From a virus (Duplodnaviria; Caudoviricetes): 28,722 nt of DNA. The position numbers were made by a program, and so were the translations under genes. The stretch's first letter is position 1. Every line of letters starts with the position of its first letter. This document shows, piece by piece, positions 1-8,907 of the stretch. The stretch lies in the IMG/VR virus record IMGVR_UViG_3300030397_000424, positions 1-28,722 of that record; one strand, written 5' to 3'. Under the pieces are notes generated by a model. The model was given only the letters and a program-made list of their open reading frames with translations. It did no database searches and was not told where the DNA came from.

Positions 1-891
1 ACCCCTGCCAAAGATGTCCATATCCCATAGAGCGTCCTTTACATCAAGCTCAAGCTCAGCGGTTTCGTACTCCCTGGTCTGAACAAACTTAAGACGCATA
101 AGCTCTGCCTGAGTTCGGGTAGCTTCTCCCAACATCGCCAGTCGTCTGTGGTACATGTCCGCCTGAATCTGAAGCCCCGTCTGGAGAGTTTGCTGTCGCG
201 CTGTCTTGTTTGCAACAGTGAGGGTCGCATCTGTCCTAAGTCCCTGGGCATAGTTAGCAATCCAGGACTGTACAGCTTGAGTAAATAAGTTTGTCGTGAA
301 CTCCGCAGTAACTCTTGACGTATCTTCCTGCTCTTGAGCATATATGGCTCCCAAACCCGTAAGGAAGGCCGATGATCGTAGTGCGCCAAAATCTGCAGCC
401 ACTGCATTATACCTACCGACTCGTTGCTCCCTCGCTCTAGATGTACCGAGTTCATAAGCTTCTACTACCTGTGTGATTATATCGCTGTCAATAAGGGCGG
501 CAGCTACATTATAGGCCTCCTCAATAGAGGCAGTAGCATTCTCAATCTCCCGGTTAATGATCGTCCTGACGTCAATAGCTTTGTCAATATCACACTCGTC
601 TGCTTTCGACTGAGCTATATCAATCAGCGTCTTATAATCTGTAGTAATAACTGTCCCTGAGATAGCCGAATACCAGGTATCATAGTCTCCCTGAACCACC
701 GCAATGTCGGAGGTGGGATTTGTAAAGGAATAGGCATTATAGGGACTGTTGGCAAACGCAACGTCCATAACATCCTCAACCGTCGTAGACAGGGCAGAGG
801 GGCCAGCTCCGTAAAGCCAATCCTCATGTAGACTTTCGATGTATGCAGGGAAGGATACTTCACCTGAAACACCACCACCTGAACCACCCAT
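1..891 (-). CDS. Putative internal virion (DNA ejection/pilot) protein, partial, runs off the left edge (>=297 aa)
   Basis: Read by hand: ATG at 891, MGGSGGGVSGEVSFPAYIESLHEDWL..., with no stop down to base 1. A Gly/Ser-rich N-terminus and Ala/Gln/Thr-rich helical body downstream of nozzle and GNAT genes is the usual podovirus ejection-protein position. Absent from the ORF track because it lacks a stop. Confidence 0.75.
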   Translation of the reverse strand, partial: MGGSGGGVSGEVSFPAYIESLHEDWLYGAGPSALSTTVEDVMDVAFANSPYNAYSFTNPTSDIAVVQGDYDTWYSAISGTVITTDYKTLIDIAQSKADECDIDKAIDVRTIINREIENATASIEEAYNVAAALIDSDIITQVVEAYELGTSRAREQRVGRYNAVAADFGALRSSAFLTGLGAIYAQEQEDTSRVTAEFTTNLFTQAVQSWIANYAQGLRTDATLTVANKTARQQTLQTGLQIQADMYHRRLAMLGEATRTQAELMRLKFVQTREYETAELELDVKDALWDMDIFGRG

Positions 892-893
892 AA

Positions 894-1103
894 TTAACCT
901 CCAGGATGTAACTTAGCTCGAACTGCTGCATCTTTCGCCTCAAGCAACTTTCGTAAAGCTACAACTTGCTCAGGGCCTCCTTGTACGTTTTGGATTATAA
1001 AGTTTGCAAGCTCACCAAAAGGTTTAGATACTTCTTGTAAATGGCTTGGAAGATGAGAATAAGCAAACCACTTCCACATCCTATGTTCTTCTTGTACCGT
1101 CAT
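894..1103 (-). CDS. Small helical-hairpin protein, Acb2/Tad1-like (candidate nucleotide-signal sponge)
   Basis: 69 aa, FAYSHLPSHLQEVSKPFGELA...PEQVVALRKLLEAKDAAVRA. It resembles the widespread phage F-x-Y-H...E-x-x-x-A-L-x-K-L-x-E-A hairpin pattern and is tightly packed between its neighbours. Confidence 0.55.
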   Translation of the reverse strand: MTVQEEHRMWKWFAYSHLPSHLQEVSKPFGELANFIIQNVQGGPEQVVALRKLLEAKDAAVRAKLHPGG

Positions 1104-1104
1104 A

Positions 1105-1587
1105 TTAGAACACCACTAAGCTCGTTGAGGTATCACCCCCAACCTGTTGTAAAAATCGTTTGTAAGCTGGATCTTCATCTACAAATCCTACCAACCGAGT
1201 GCAACCTAGATTCTCCCCATACTCCTTCAGCTGTCTTATCGCTGCCTTCCAAGTCTCTACTGGAGTCTTACGATTAATCACGTAAAGGTGATACACCATG
1301 AGACTCTTGATGCAGGATATTGGATCGTACCATATACAGGTTGTAATAACAGCTAAATAATCTTCGGGTTTATCCTCTGGTCCCGAGACAGCAATCCATA
1401 CATCCAGCTCGTTGCGGAGAATCGCTGCTAGGTTATTGGTGAGGATATCTCTGGATACTGCAATCTCAGGAGGGAGACTTTGTGCTAGCATTGGAGCTAG
1501 TGTTTCCCATCCTAGATTAACGTTCTCAGGAAGAACTTGTAGGAGCATGTCGGGCCACCCTTGAACCTTCACGAGGGCCTCTGACAA
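1105..1587 (-). CDS. GNAT-fold (acetyltransferase-like) virion assembly protein
   Basis: 160 aa. The C-terminus LKEYGENLGCTRLVGF...YKRFLQQVG matches the GNAT-like pattern, and it sits between nozzle and ejection genes as in many podoviruses. Confidence 0.55.
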   Translation of the reverse strand: MSEALVKVQGWPDMLLQVLPENVNLGWETLAPMLAQSLPPEIAVSRDILTNNLAAILRNELDVWIAVSGPEDKPEDYLAVITTCIWYDPISCIKSLMVYHLYVINRKTPVETWKAAIRQLKEYGENLGCTRLVGFVDEDPAYKRFLQQVGGDTSTSLVVF

Positions 1588-3124
1588 ATCTTCGGTCAGG
1601 TCGCTGCACTTTAGCAGTTACCCTCTCCAAGGCAAAGGTTGTTGGGTCGCTAGCCCTCAACAGCAACTTAAACTCTAAGCCTTGAACCCTGAGCATTGTA
1701 TTTCCAGACGGGTTAACAGGAACCCAGCTGGTCTGTGCCCAGGCATCCGTTGTGTTATATTTATACTGCAGCGCCACCTCAACTGTTCCCCCACCTTGGA
1801 AGGCTGCCTCTATCGCGGTGATAGTTTTGTGATCCCTCCCACCTAGGTCAAACCGTGAGGTCTGTAAGCTAGAATACAAAGTCTCAGCTTCATCGGGCAC
1901 ATGAGGAATGGCGTACTTAACACCTCCCCAATTCACAAAGGTAGAATATCTATAGTTAGACTTAGACATCCCTGAACGCGATAGAAGGAACGACCGCTTA
2001 TCTGAGGAGATATAAAGATCCCCTAACAGATCATCATAGGTCATTACAACCTTCTCGCTGTTATTAACAAAAGGCAGCAAGTACTCTTCATACCCTAGGC
2101 GTGACAACCTAAGATTAGCATCCAAGCTCCATAAGACTCCCTGTGTATCCAAGAAGAAATGTATAGATGAGTTGCCTCCTACTGACCCACGATCATAGAT
2201 CCCAATCCATTTTAGCTGTTCATTGATGGACGCATTGAGGCCATAAGTCGCTGGAATATCTCCTTCCCCAAGGGTATGCGTAAGTGCATTTATTCCATCT
2301 GAGCCGTAAGCTATCAGGTGATTCCCTAGTCCCATAACCTTCAATACTGTACCCCTAAAGGTGCATGGGAACCAGCCGAGCTGACCGCGTTTAAGTCGCT
2401 CGATGAATCGCTCATAGGTAGGTCTTAGTGAGTGAGGATACTGTAATGGCATGAAGAGCCACAATGGGAAATCGCCTCCCCCTGCAGATCCCCAAAGTAT
2501 GTAATTGCTGCCTATATCATCGAATGAGGTAATCACATCGTTGTTAATAGACGACCTCATCTTTTGGAATACCTCTTGCATTGTCTGACTCCAAAGGTCA
2601 GAACCGAGGCCTCCAACAACAATTCGTCCCTTGTGCACACAGCCTGTATTAATCGTGATTGAATCATTAATCCAGTATTTCTGCGACTGAGGCACAAGAG
2701 GATCTAATCCTGTAGTAAAAACAGTACAAGCTCCATTAAATAAAAACCAGGCGTTCCCAACATCAGCGTGGTGCCACACCCCTCCCTCCGTCACTGCTTT
2801 GGTCGTAAGAGGATTAAGGGTATCGTAGAGTGTGAGGGAGGAGGTGGACCACATGCTCGAGGCCTCTGTCACTAGCTGCACAGCAGCTCTCCTTCCAATG
2901 AGGGAGACATCATCTCCACGGAATAATTGAGGGTAAGGCCAGTCCACAGGGAGTAGCCCATTGAACGGATCTCTTTGCAGCTCCTGAGGTTCCAGCCCAA
3001 ATTCGTCTACTCGCATCCCCACCAGATCTTCGAGGAAAACTGAGTTAACAGACGCTAAACCAGTAGCCTGCGAACGTAGCCCTGCCCTGAACTCTGACTC
3101 AAATATGATAGGAAGCTCAATCAT
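1526..3124 (-). CDS. Tail nozzle / tail tubular protein B-like (P22 gp10-type stabilization protein)
   Basis: 532 aa, beta-rich propeller-like repeats, C-terminal LQTSRFDLG...KTITAIE...RVQGLEFKLLL pattern, downstream of the adaptor gene. Confidence 0.65.
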   Translation of the reverse strand: MIELPIIFESEFRAGLRSQATGLASVNSVFLEDLVGMRVDEFGLEPQELQRDPFNGLLPVDWPYPQLFRGDDVSLIGRRAAVQLVTEASSMWSTSSLTLYDTLNPLTTKAVTEGGVWHHADVGNAWFLFNGACTVFTTGLDPLVPQSQKYWINDSITINTGCVHKGRIVVGGLGSDLWSQTMQEVFQKMRSSINNDVITSFDDIGSNYILWGSAGGGDFPLWLFMPLQYPHSLRPTYERFIERLKRGQLGWFPCTFRGTVLKVMGLGNHLIAYGSDGINALTHTLGEGDIPATYGLNASINEQLKWIGIYDRGSVGGNSSIHFFLDTQGVLWSLDANLRLSRLGYEEYLLPFVNNSEKVVMTYDDLLGDLYISSDKRSFLLSRSGMSKSNYRYSTFVNWGGVKYAIPHVPDEAETLYSSLQTSRFDLGGRDHKTITAIEAAFQGGGTVEVALQYKYNTTDAWAQTSWVPVNPSGNTMLRVQGLEFKLLLRASDPTTFALERVTAKVQRPDRRFVRGPREGSRVARHAPTSSS

Positions 3125-3513
3125 TTCTCGAAGAAGGCGTACTCAATTAACACGCTGTTAGAGGCAGACGCAACCAGCGCATATGGCTGTGCAGTCGCCC
3201 TGAACTCTGCGGGTGGATCTCCTGGCTCCAGCATCATAGCCATTTGGCCAGAGGTCTGAGCAGACAATCCGATCCGTACTGTACCTGCCGAGGATAAATG
3301 AGCAACACGACACCATCCATAGGTGCCAATATCACCCTGCGATCCAATCGCTTCAGCTGTTGTACTGTTGATAGACTGTGTTCCCCTTTGATAATCGAGG
3401 CCGTCCTGATCTATCGACCAGCTCTTCTCAGCGATGGTGAATCCTGGCGCTCCGTTAGAAGCTTCCTTGCCATTATAGACAAGGGATTTTTTGATTAATA
3501 ATTCATCTGCCAT
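3121..3513 (-). CDS. Hypothetical virion protein
   Basis: 130 aa beta-rich ORF abutting both neighbours in the structural operon. Confidence 0.6.
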   Translation of the reverse strand: MADELLIKKSLVYNGKEASNGAPGFTIAEKSWSIDQDGLDYQRGTQSINSTTAEAIGSQGDIGTYGWCRVAHLSSAGTVRIGLSAQTSGQMAMMLEPGDPPAEFRATAQPYALVASASNSVLIEYAFFEK

Positions 3514-3921
3514 TTACTTAACCTGGATCTCGTAATCAAGGGAATATTCAAAATTTTCAAAGGCATCGCCACTGTAAAAGGCACGAATGACGAGCACATG
3601 ATGAGGCTCAAGTTTGCAATCCTCTAGCTCAGTAAAACCTGGCTTTATATCCTTAGGACCATCTAAGGTAGAGAAGGCTTGACCCTCCGATTTCAAGACT
3701 TTGTATGTCCAGTCCTCACCGATGTCAGGGACTAAGAACCGAAGACCCCTAACCGTGCACTTCTTGGAGCAGGTAATCATAGCTAGGAGAGCATTCGACT
3801 CTCGTACTGTACCTGAAACACAGTTCTGGCTAATATAAGAGGTAGCCTTCTTACGTCTCTCTTGGCGAGTCTTTTTGAGCTTCTGCCTATAGGTAGTCGG
3901 CGCTTCCGATTGTTCCGGCAT
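3514..3921 (-). CDS. Hypothetical protein
   Basis: 135 aa with a basic N-terminus, packed in the structural operon. Confidence 0.6.
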   Translation of the reverse strand: MPEQSEAPTTYRQKLKKTRQERRKKATSYISQNCVSGTVRESNALLAMITCSKKCTVRGLRFLVPDIGEDWTYKVLKSEGQAFSTLDGPKDIKPGFTELEDCKLEPHHVLVIRAFYSGDAFENFEYSLDYEIQVK

Positions 3922-4600
3922 TCTGGTGCCTCCAGCTATTGGATCTAAAGTCTTGGAAAGCTTGATCGTTTTCTATCTGATCATAGGTGATTGTCTTTGT
4001 TAGCTCCTGAAGTGCAGCCATAATATCGCTGGCTCCAGTACTATTCCTATGAGCAAACTCAAGCATGAGTTGAACAGCCATACTCAGCGCAAATGGCTCA
4101 GCAACTGTCCAGAAGTTTGAATGCCCATCCTCAATGAGGGCACCAGAGAAGGCTGTACCAATGATGGTAATTGTAACCTCCTCAGTAGTAGTTGGCAATA
4201 ACAGGATCCTAGTTGTCGTGTCCAGGAATGGAGTAGACGCTGCCTTCCGTGTTATCGCATGAACGAAATGGGCAGGGGCTCCAGTATAAGTTTGATTAGC
4301 TGGATACCGTTGCCTCACCTCGGTCGTTGTAAGCTTGTGGAGTTTCCACTCGTTGTCCTCACTATCTTTACCCCAAACCTCCTGTATTGTACGGTAAGGA
4401 ATATCCTTCGAGGTATCCCCTACTTTCCAGGTATACTCCTGTTCGACCAGGAACTTGTCTGTCTCGACAATACGATCCAGATAACTCAAAGCGGTCTTCA
4501 GGTATACATCAAGCCCTAGATCGGCACCTGTAGTCTGATCAACAAGGTCATAACGCCCTGATTGCTTCGCAAAGAATTTTCTAAATTCAAGTAAGGTCAT
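3887..4600 (-). CDS. Head-tail adaptor / tail tubular protein A-like
   Basis: 237 aa, first gene after the capsid gene. N-terminal MTLLEFRKFF...YLKTALSYLDR helices and the GAPAHF...ILLLPT motif are typical of podovirus adaptors. Confidence 0.65.
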   Translation of the reverse strand: MTLLEFRKFFAKQSGRYDLVDQTTGADLGLDVYLKTALSYLDRIVETDKFLVEQEYTWKVGDTSKDIPYRTIQEVWGKDSEDNEWKLHKLTTTEVRQRYPANQTYTGAPAHFVHAITRKAASTPFLDTTTRILLLPTTTEEVTITIIGTAFSGALIEDGHSNFWTVAEPFALSMAVQLMLEFAHRNSTGASDIMAALQELTKTITYDQIENDQAFQDFRSNSWRHQNAGTIGSADYL

Positions 4601-4650
4601 AATACAGAAGGGAGTTTTTAGGTCGGCTCAGCCCCCGACCCCCAACTCGA

Positions 4651-6009
4651 TTAAGTAGTTTCGATAGCCTGGTCGTGATTCAGACCAACACGAGAAAGAT
4701 AACCATGCTTCAGTGGGTGATGCAGCTCAATAGAAGCCTCGGTGAGGTATTCTTCCTGAGTCGCGTCAACGCCACGGTTGCTACCTTTTGCAGCAGCAGG
4801 GATGAAATGAGTGTCTCGATTCTCGCCGTTACCGACCAACGGACGCCAGACTACAGAGTCAGGTTCGAGGATGATCAGGTCATTCCTCCACTGTGGGTTC
4901 TGTGTCATGAGCGGGTGAGTACGAAGATCCAGGACACCGAATGGTGTGATCCATCTGAGAACCTGAATACCGAACTCTGTCGTGGTAGGCGTGATGTTGA
5001 TGTGACCACCTGCCTGAGCGAGTTGCTGAATACCAAGCAATGCGCCTGAACCACAGAAGCCAACCTTGTTAGGCCGACCGTAGCGCATGATGATTTCCAG
5101 CTTCTTGTTGAGCCAGACCATACCGTTCGGGTTGCTGGATAGGCCAGACTGACCAGTACCCAACCAATCCGAGGTGGCGTAAGCAGCTGCATGGGAGAAG
5201 GCCTCAACGTTGCCGTGGTTGTTAGCGTCGTTCTCACGCTTCAGGATAGTTGTTACACCGTCCATCGTGCGAAGAGGCTGACCGTTCTCGGCCTGTGGAG
5301 TAATCGAACGTACACCGAAGAGGACGTTTTTCTCAATCTCAGTTGAGTGATAATCCAGGGCATCACGCTTTTTCTCCTGATATCCAACACCTGTACGAAG
5401 ACGTGTAGCCTTGTTAGTATTCGTGATGTTCAGGGGAGTACGCATGATCTGCGTGTAGTTGTAGTACTTCACAGGATCCTGAGCAACAGCATTCGGACGC
5501 TCTGCACCCTCAGGCGCGGCACCTGCACCAATGGTGAATCGGTTGGCCTCATCGAGATCATATGTGGAGCTTGGAGTTTCCAGCAGCTTGACACCAATGA
5601 CGCTGTTAGCGCCGTTGACATCTACGTGGACGACTCGACCCATCGTACGATAGCGATAGTCACCTTCCTTTTCAAACCAGCCGGTATGACCTAAGCGAGC
5701 TTGCTGTGCAACAGAGGCAGGGGCCTTCACATAGAAGATGTCTCCTGCGGTGGCACCAGACGAATACGCAGAGCTAAATGCAGTATCGTTGAATACCCCT
5801 GTACTAGTAAGGGTTGCCGATTGATTTTGGAACGTCTGAGTCCACCAGTTAAACTCAGGATCATCGGTTGGATCAGCCATCATCATCGACAACATCGCTG
5901 TCAACTGAGCCGAACCATTTGGAAAGAGTCTGAGGATCTGCTGACGCCAGTTCTTAGGCCGAACGTCGGTTCCCCAATTCTCAGACCCTCGCATACCTTG
6001 GTAAGCCAT
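4651..6009 (-). CDS. Major capsid protein (SU10/DUF5309-like, HK97 fold)
   Basis: 452 aa with EFNWW, YNYTQIMRTP, YQEKKRDALDYHSTEIEKNVLFG, RTMDGV, TPFGVL and EEYLTEASIE motifs, downstream of the scaffold gene. Confidence 0.9.
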   Translation of the reverse strand: MAYQGMRGSENWGTDVRPKNWRQQILRLFPNGSAQLTAMLSMMMADPTDDPEFNWWTQTFQNQSATLTSTGVFNDTAFSSAYSSGATAGDIFYVKAPASVAQQARLGHTGWFEKEGDYRYRTMGRVVHVDVNGANSVIGVKLLETPSSTYDLDEANRFTIGAGAAPEGAERPNAVAQDPVKYYNYTQIMRTPLNITNTNKATRLRTGVGYQEKKRDALDYHSTEIEKNVLFGVRSITPQAENGQPLRTMDGVTTILKRENDANNHGNVEAFSHAAAYATSDWLGTGQSGLSSNPNGMVWLNKKLEIIMRYGRPNKVGFCGSGALLGIQQLAQAGGHINITPTTTEFGIQVLRWITPFGVLDLRTHPLMTQNPQWRNDLIILEPDSVVWRPLVGNGENRDTHFIPAAAKGSNRGVDATQEEYLTEASIELHHPLKHGYLSRVGLNHDQAIETT

Positions 6010-6059
6010 AATGAAAGTCTCTTATAGATTAGACAATAGAAAAATGCGATCAGCCTAGA

Positions 6060-6389
6060 TCAGGTTGGCCCATGCTGTGCAAGGAATTCGACACCGTCTG
6101 ACCTCACGATCAGGGTCTCTGCAGTGGTGTTCGCGTCGATTACCCAGGATGTTACTCCAAAGATAACCTTCAGCGTTCCAGTACCACCATTCACCTGGAA
6201 TGAGTATTCGTCGCCTTCGCACTCGCCAGGAGCTGGAAGTTTTACAAGATGCTGGTTTGCACCTACAGTTGCATCGACGACAATCTTGCGCTGAAACCGT
6301 TCCAGCCGTGTTGTAGTGGCTGCCGTGGTATCAATGCGCAGGACTGGATTAGGTTTGGAATCACGGATTCCCTCTAACGATTGGCCCAT
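6060..6389 (-). CDS. Hypothetical capsid-associated protein
   Basis: 109 aa beta-rich (VKLPAP...GDEYSF...IVRSDG) between scaffold and capsid genes. Confidence 0.55.
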   Translation of the reverse strand: MGQSLEGIRDSKPNPVLRIDTTAATTTRLERFQRKIVVDATVGANQHLVKLPAPGECEGDEYSFQVNGGTGTLKVIFGVTSWVIDANTTAETLIVRSDGVEFLAQHGPT

Positions 6390-6436
6390 ATTGGAAGCCT
6401 CCTACGTTTAAGCGATTACGGTTTGTGAAAGGAAAA

Positions 6437-7531
6437 TTACCCGACAGCTCCAAGCATTGCGTCGATGTCCTTCTCCATTTGTGTGCGATTGTCAGCCTGA
6501 GGCACAGGACGATTTCCTGCTGGAGCTAATCCACTAGGGATGAAGCCTTGAGGCTGCCGTTGTACCGGCTGCTGATACGGTTGCTGTGGCTGTTGATAGC
6601 CGTAAGCTTGCTGTACCACAGCTGGATTTTGGTGCATATTCTGCATGATCTGTCCTGCCTGAGAGAAAGCACCGAGCTTCTGGCGGACACTATTTGCAGC
6701 TGCATTGAGTACTGTGTTCAGATCGAGACGAGGATTCGCTGCTGCCATTGCATTAGCTTCCTGACTGATCTGTTGGCGGAAGGGCTGAAGATCTGAGTTT
6801 GTAGACCAGAAAGTATTTACTGCATTATGAAGAGCAGTCTGTCGATTGATCGTAGGCATTACCAACGAGGGTACATCACGAACAGTATGCTCACGGCCGA
6901 GCTGGTAAGAACGCTGCCCAACAGTCTGCATGAGCTCAACAAGCTTTGCAACAGATAGGGTGCCTTTCTCATCCACCAAACCCTTGACTTCTTCCTGTTT
7001 AAGGATTGCTGTAGGATCGATTGGTTGGATTTGAGGAGCCTGAGGTTCTTGTGGTTGCTGACCCTGCATTAGCTGCATCTGCATCATCTGGAGCATTTGG
7101 CTCTGCTGCGTAAGCTGCTGTTGTAAGGCGGCGACCTGAGGATCAACCTGTAAAGGCTGTTGTGGCTGCTGTCCTTGAATAGGCTGTTGGCCTTGGATCG
7201 GCTGCTGTACCTGCTGTGGGTTGTTTGGATCAACTGGTGGATGTACACCTCCTGGTGATAGGTTCGGAGGGTTGATCGTGTCCATATCTACAACCGTGCC
7301 GTCCATTGTCTGAACTACCCCTGTCAGCGGAAGCTGTGTAGGAGTGTTGTCAGCTTGTGGCTGCTGAGGTTGTTGCGGTTGCTGGAACTGCTGCTGTGGA
7401 GCAGGTTGCCGATTCTCTACTACGGGAGCATTAATAAACGGCTGATTCGGTTGTTGTACTTGAGGCTGCTGCGGAGGCGGCGTGCCCAAGGAGCTGATCA
7501 TGTCAGCGATCTGGTTTTGCATGTCAGACAT
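6437..7531 (-). CDS. Capsid scaffolding protein (Gln/Pro-rich)
   Basis: 364 aa with low-complexity Q/P termini and a helical core, just upstream of the capsid gene. Confidence 0.75.
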   Translation of the reverse strand: MSDMQNQIADMISSLGTPPPQQPQVQQPNQPFINAPVVENRQPAPQQQFQQPQQPQQPQADNTPTQLPLTGVVQTMDGTVVDMDTINPPNLSPGGVHPPVDPNNPQQVQQPIQGQQPIQGQQPQQPLQVDPQVAALQQQLTQQSQMLQMMQMQLMQGQQPQEPQAPQIQPIDPTAILKQEEVKGLVDEKGTLSVAKLVELMQTVGQRSYQLGREHTVRDVPSLVMPTINRQTALHNAVNTFWSTNSDLQPFRQQISQEANAMAAANPRLDLNTVLNAAANSVRQKLGAFSQAGQIMQNMHQNPAVVQQAYGYQQPQQPYQQPVQRQPQGFIPSGLAPAGNRPVPQADNRTQMEKDIDAMLGAVG

Positions 7532-7795
7532 TTAGGATTCACCTTCGTCTAGATAATTAATGAATGCGTCAGGAAGAAGTAAGAGCTGAGTAAGGATGTC
7601 GGATGCACCCTGTAGCCCTCTTAATTGTTCGATATCCTCGGCTTCGAGCGCTCCTTCCTTTACAATTTCTAATCGCTCTTTAGCCCAAGCTTCGATGTCT
7701 GTCCATATTGAGCTCTGCTTAAACTGCTGCCATGTATAAGCTGATGAATTAATACGGTCAGGATAAAGCTCTATGTTCTTAGGATCTGGTGCCAT
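7532..7795 (-). CDS. Small helical head-assembly protein (Bbp19-like position)
   Basis: 87 aa, W...W....L...RGLQGA..L..LL.LP pattern, the small gene type that normally precedes the scaffold gene. Confidence 0.6.
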   Translation of the reverse strand: MAPDPKNIELYPDRINSSAYTWQQFKQSSIWTDIEAWAKERLEIVKEGALEAEDIEQLRGLQGASDILTQLLLLPDAFINYLDEGES

Positions 7796-7800
7796 AGGAA

Positions 7801-7815
7801 CTTTATTGAATAAAG
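7801..7815 (-). promoter_or_regulatory. Palindromic box CTTTATTCAATAAAG, followed by TTCCT-ATG
   Basis: Perfect 7-1-7 palindrome in an intergenic gap, 5 nt before the ATG at 7795. Related copies at 12356, 17020, 19123, 21047 and 26315. Confidence 0.7.
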
Positions 7816-7821
7816 ATGCCT

Positions 7822-8397
7822 CTATACTCCAAGCATCTCGTGGTTAATGAACATCTTCAGGGTGTCACTGTTAGTCTTTGTAAACTCAGTGATCAGGAAG
7901 TGATTCAAGGCTTTAGTTGGAGCTCCGTCGTTGTCCACTATTGCCCCTTCTTTGACCGCCGCCGAGAACGCACCGGAGCTGTACTGGTATCGCCAGCTGA
8001 CGATGTCTGCTCCGTCTCCTGTGTTGTCAGCATCAGGGTCGGTGACTTGCGGATAGCCCGAATCAACAGCAGTCGCTGCTCCTGAGATAAAGGTTGTGAC
8101 TGTGGTATCCGTTTTACCAACTGCTGCACTGCTGGAACCGAGGCGAAGTCCAGCCGTACCGTTACTAAAGTCTGTTGTGATTGTATCGACTGCTGCTCGT
8201 TCGGCATAATAAATGTCTCCGTCATTGGTCACAATATTCTTCCCGACAAAGAGCAGGGGATCTCCCTCTCCTAGATCAGGACGAAGTATCGCCATGACAT
8301 TTCCTTTAAGGGGAACTACGTTGTCAGGTGTCCAGAGGCCATTCGCAGTCCTGTAGACCCTGTTAGCAAAGTTAAGTAATCGTTCTCTGTAAAGCAT
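7822..8397 (-). CDS. Hypothetical tail/virion-associated protein
   Basis: 191 aa with KNIVTNDG, LRLGSS, AVKEGAI and FTKTNSDTLK motifs resembling tail-fibre/baseplate attachment domains. Confidence 0.55.
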   Translation of the reverse strand: MLYRERLLNFANRVYRTANGLWTPDNVVPLKGNVMAILRPDLGEGDPLLFVGKNIVTNDGDIYYAERAAVDTITTDFSNGTAGLRLGSSSAAVGKTDTTVTTFISGAATAVDSGYPQVTDPDADNTGDGADIVSWRYQYSSGAFSAAVKEGAIVDNDGAPTKALNHFLITEFTKTNSDTLKMFINHEMLGV

Positions 8398-8566
8398 TGT
8401 CTCCTGGATTTAGGACTGCTACAATGTTTTCACCTACTGGACGAGACTCATTGACTATATTTGGCTGCTTCTGTTTTGCCTTATAAGCTGCATAGACAAA
8501 GAAACCAAAGACAGCTGCACCGCCTAGGATGAAAGCTAGTAAATGGGTTAGGATCTGGATTATCAT
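8372..8566 (-). CDS. Small single-pass membrane protein
   Basis: Likely start MIIQILTHLLAFILGGAAVFGFFVYAAY (one TM helix then KAKQK), overlapping both neighbours. Confidence 0.5.
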   Translation of the reverse strand: MIIQILTHLLAFILGGAAVFGFFVYAAYKAKQKQPNIVNESRPVGENIVAVLNPGDNALQRTIT

Positions 8567-8907
8567 GTTTCTTGAAATAGGCCATTGCCGCAAAACAGCC
8601 TAATTTTATGTTGTCGTGCTGGAATCCCTGAACCGCTGATAGCAACGATCAGGTCATAGTGCGTCCATAGGGTTAGGACTAAGGCATCTTCAAGAGTACC
8701 CTCGAAAGTCCCCCTCCCTTTAGTTGCGTTATAGGTCATAGCGGCAGGGAAAGTCTGACCAGATACATTCGTCCCGTTGGTAGTCTGTAGAGTCAGATTG
8801 ACTGTAGCAGTACCATCTAGGAAACTGTTGGCACTCTTAGATAAATCCCGCATCTCCGTAAAGACGATGAAATTATCTGAGTCCTTATATATCAGATTCT
8901 CTGCCAT
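8563..8907 (-). CDS. Hypothetical virion protein (beta-sandwich)
   Basis: 114 aa beta-rich, overlapping its neighbours. Confidence 0.55.
   Translation of the reverse strand: MAENLIYKDSDNFIVFTEMRDLSKSANSFLDGTATVNLTLQTTNGTNVSGQTFPAAMTYNATKGRGTFEGTLEDALVLTLWTHYDLIVAISGSGIPARQHKIRLFCGNGLFQET

Noticed and set aside
39-887. Track ORFs 39-455 (-), 424-660 (+) and 624-887 (-)
   Set aside because: They are alternative-frame shadows of the open 1-891 minus-strand gene.
4609-4650. Terminator after the capsid gene
   Set aside because: A GGTCGG/CCGACC hairpin is present, but there is no U-tract on the coding (minus) strand, so it was not called.
6560-7480. CTG/TTG-rich low-complexity repeats
   Set aside because: Explained by the Gln/Pro-rich segments of the scaffold protein.
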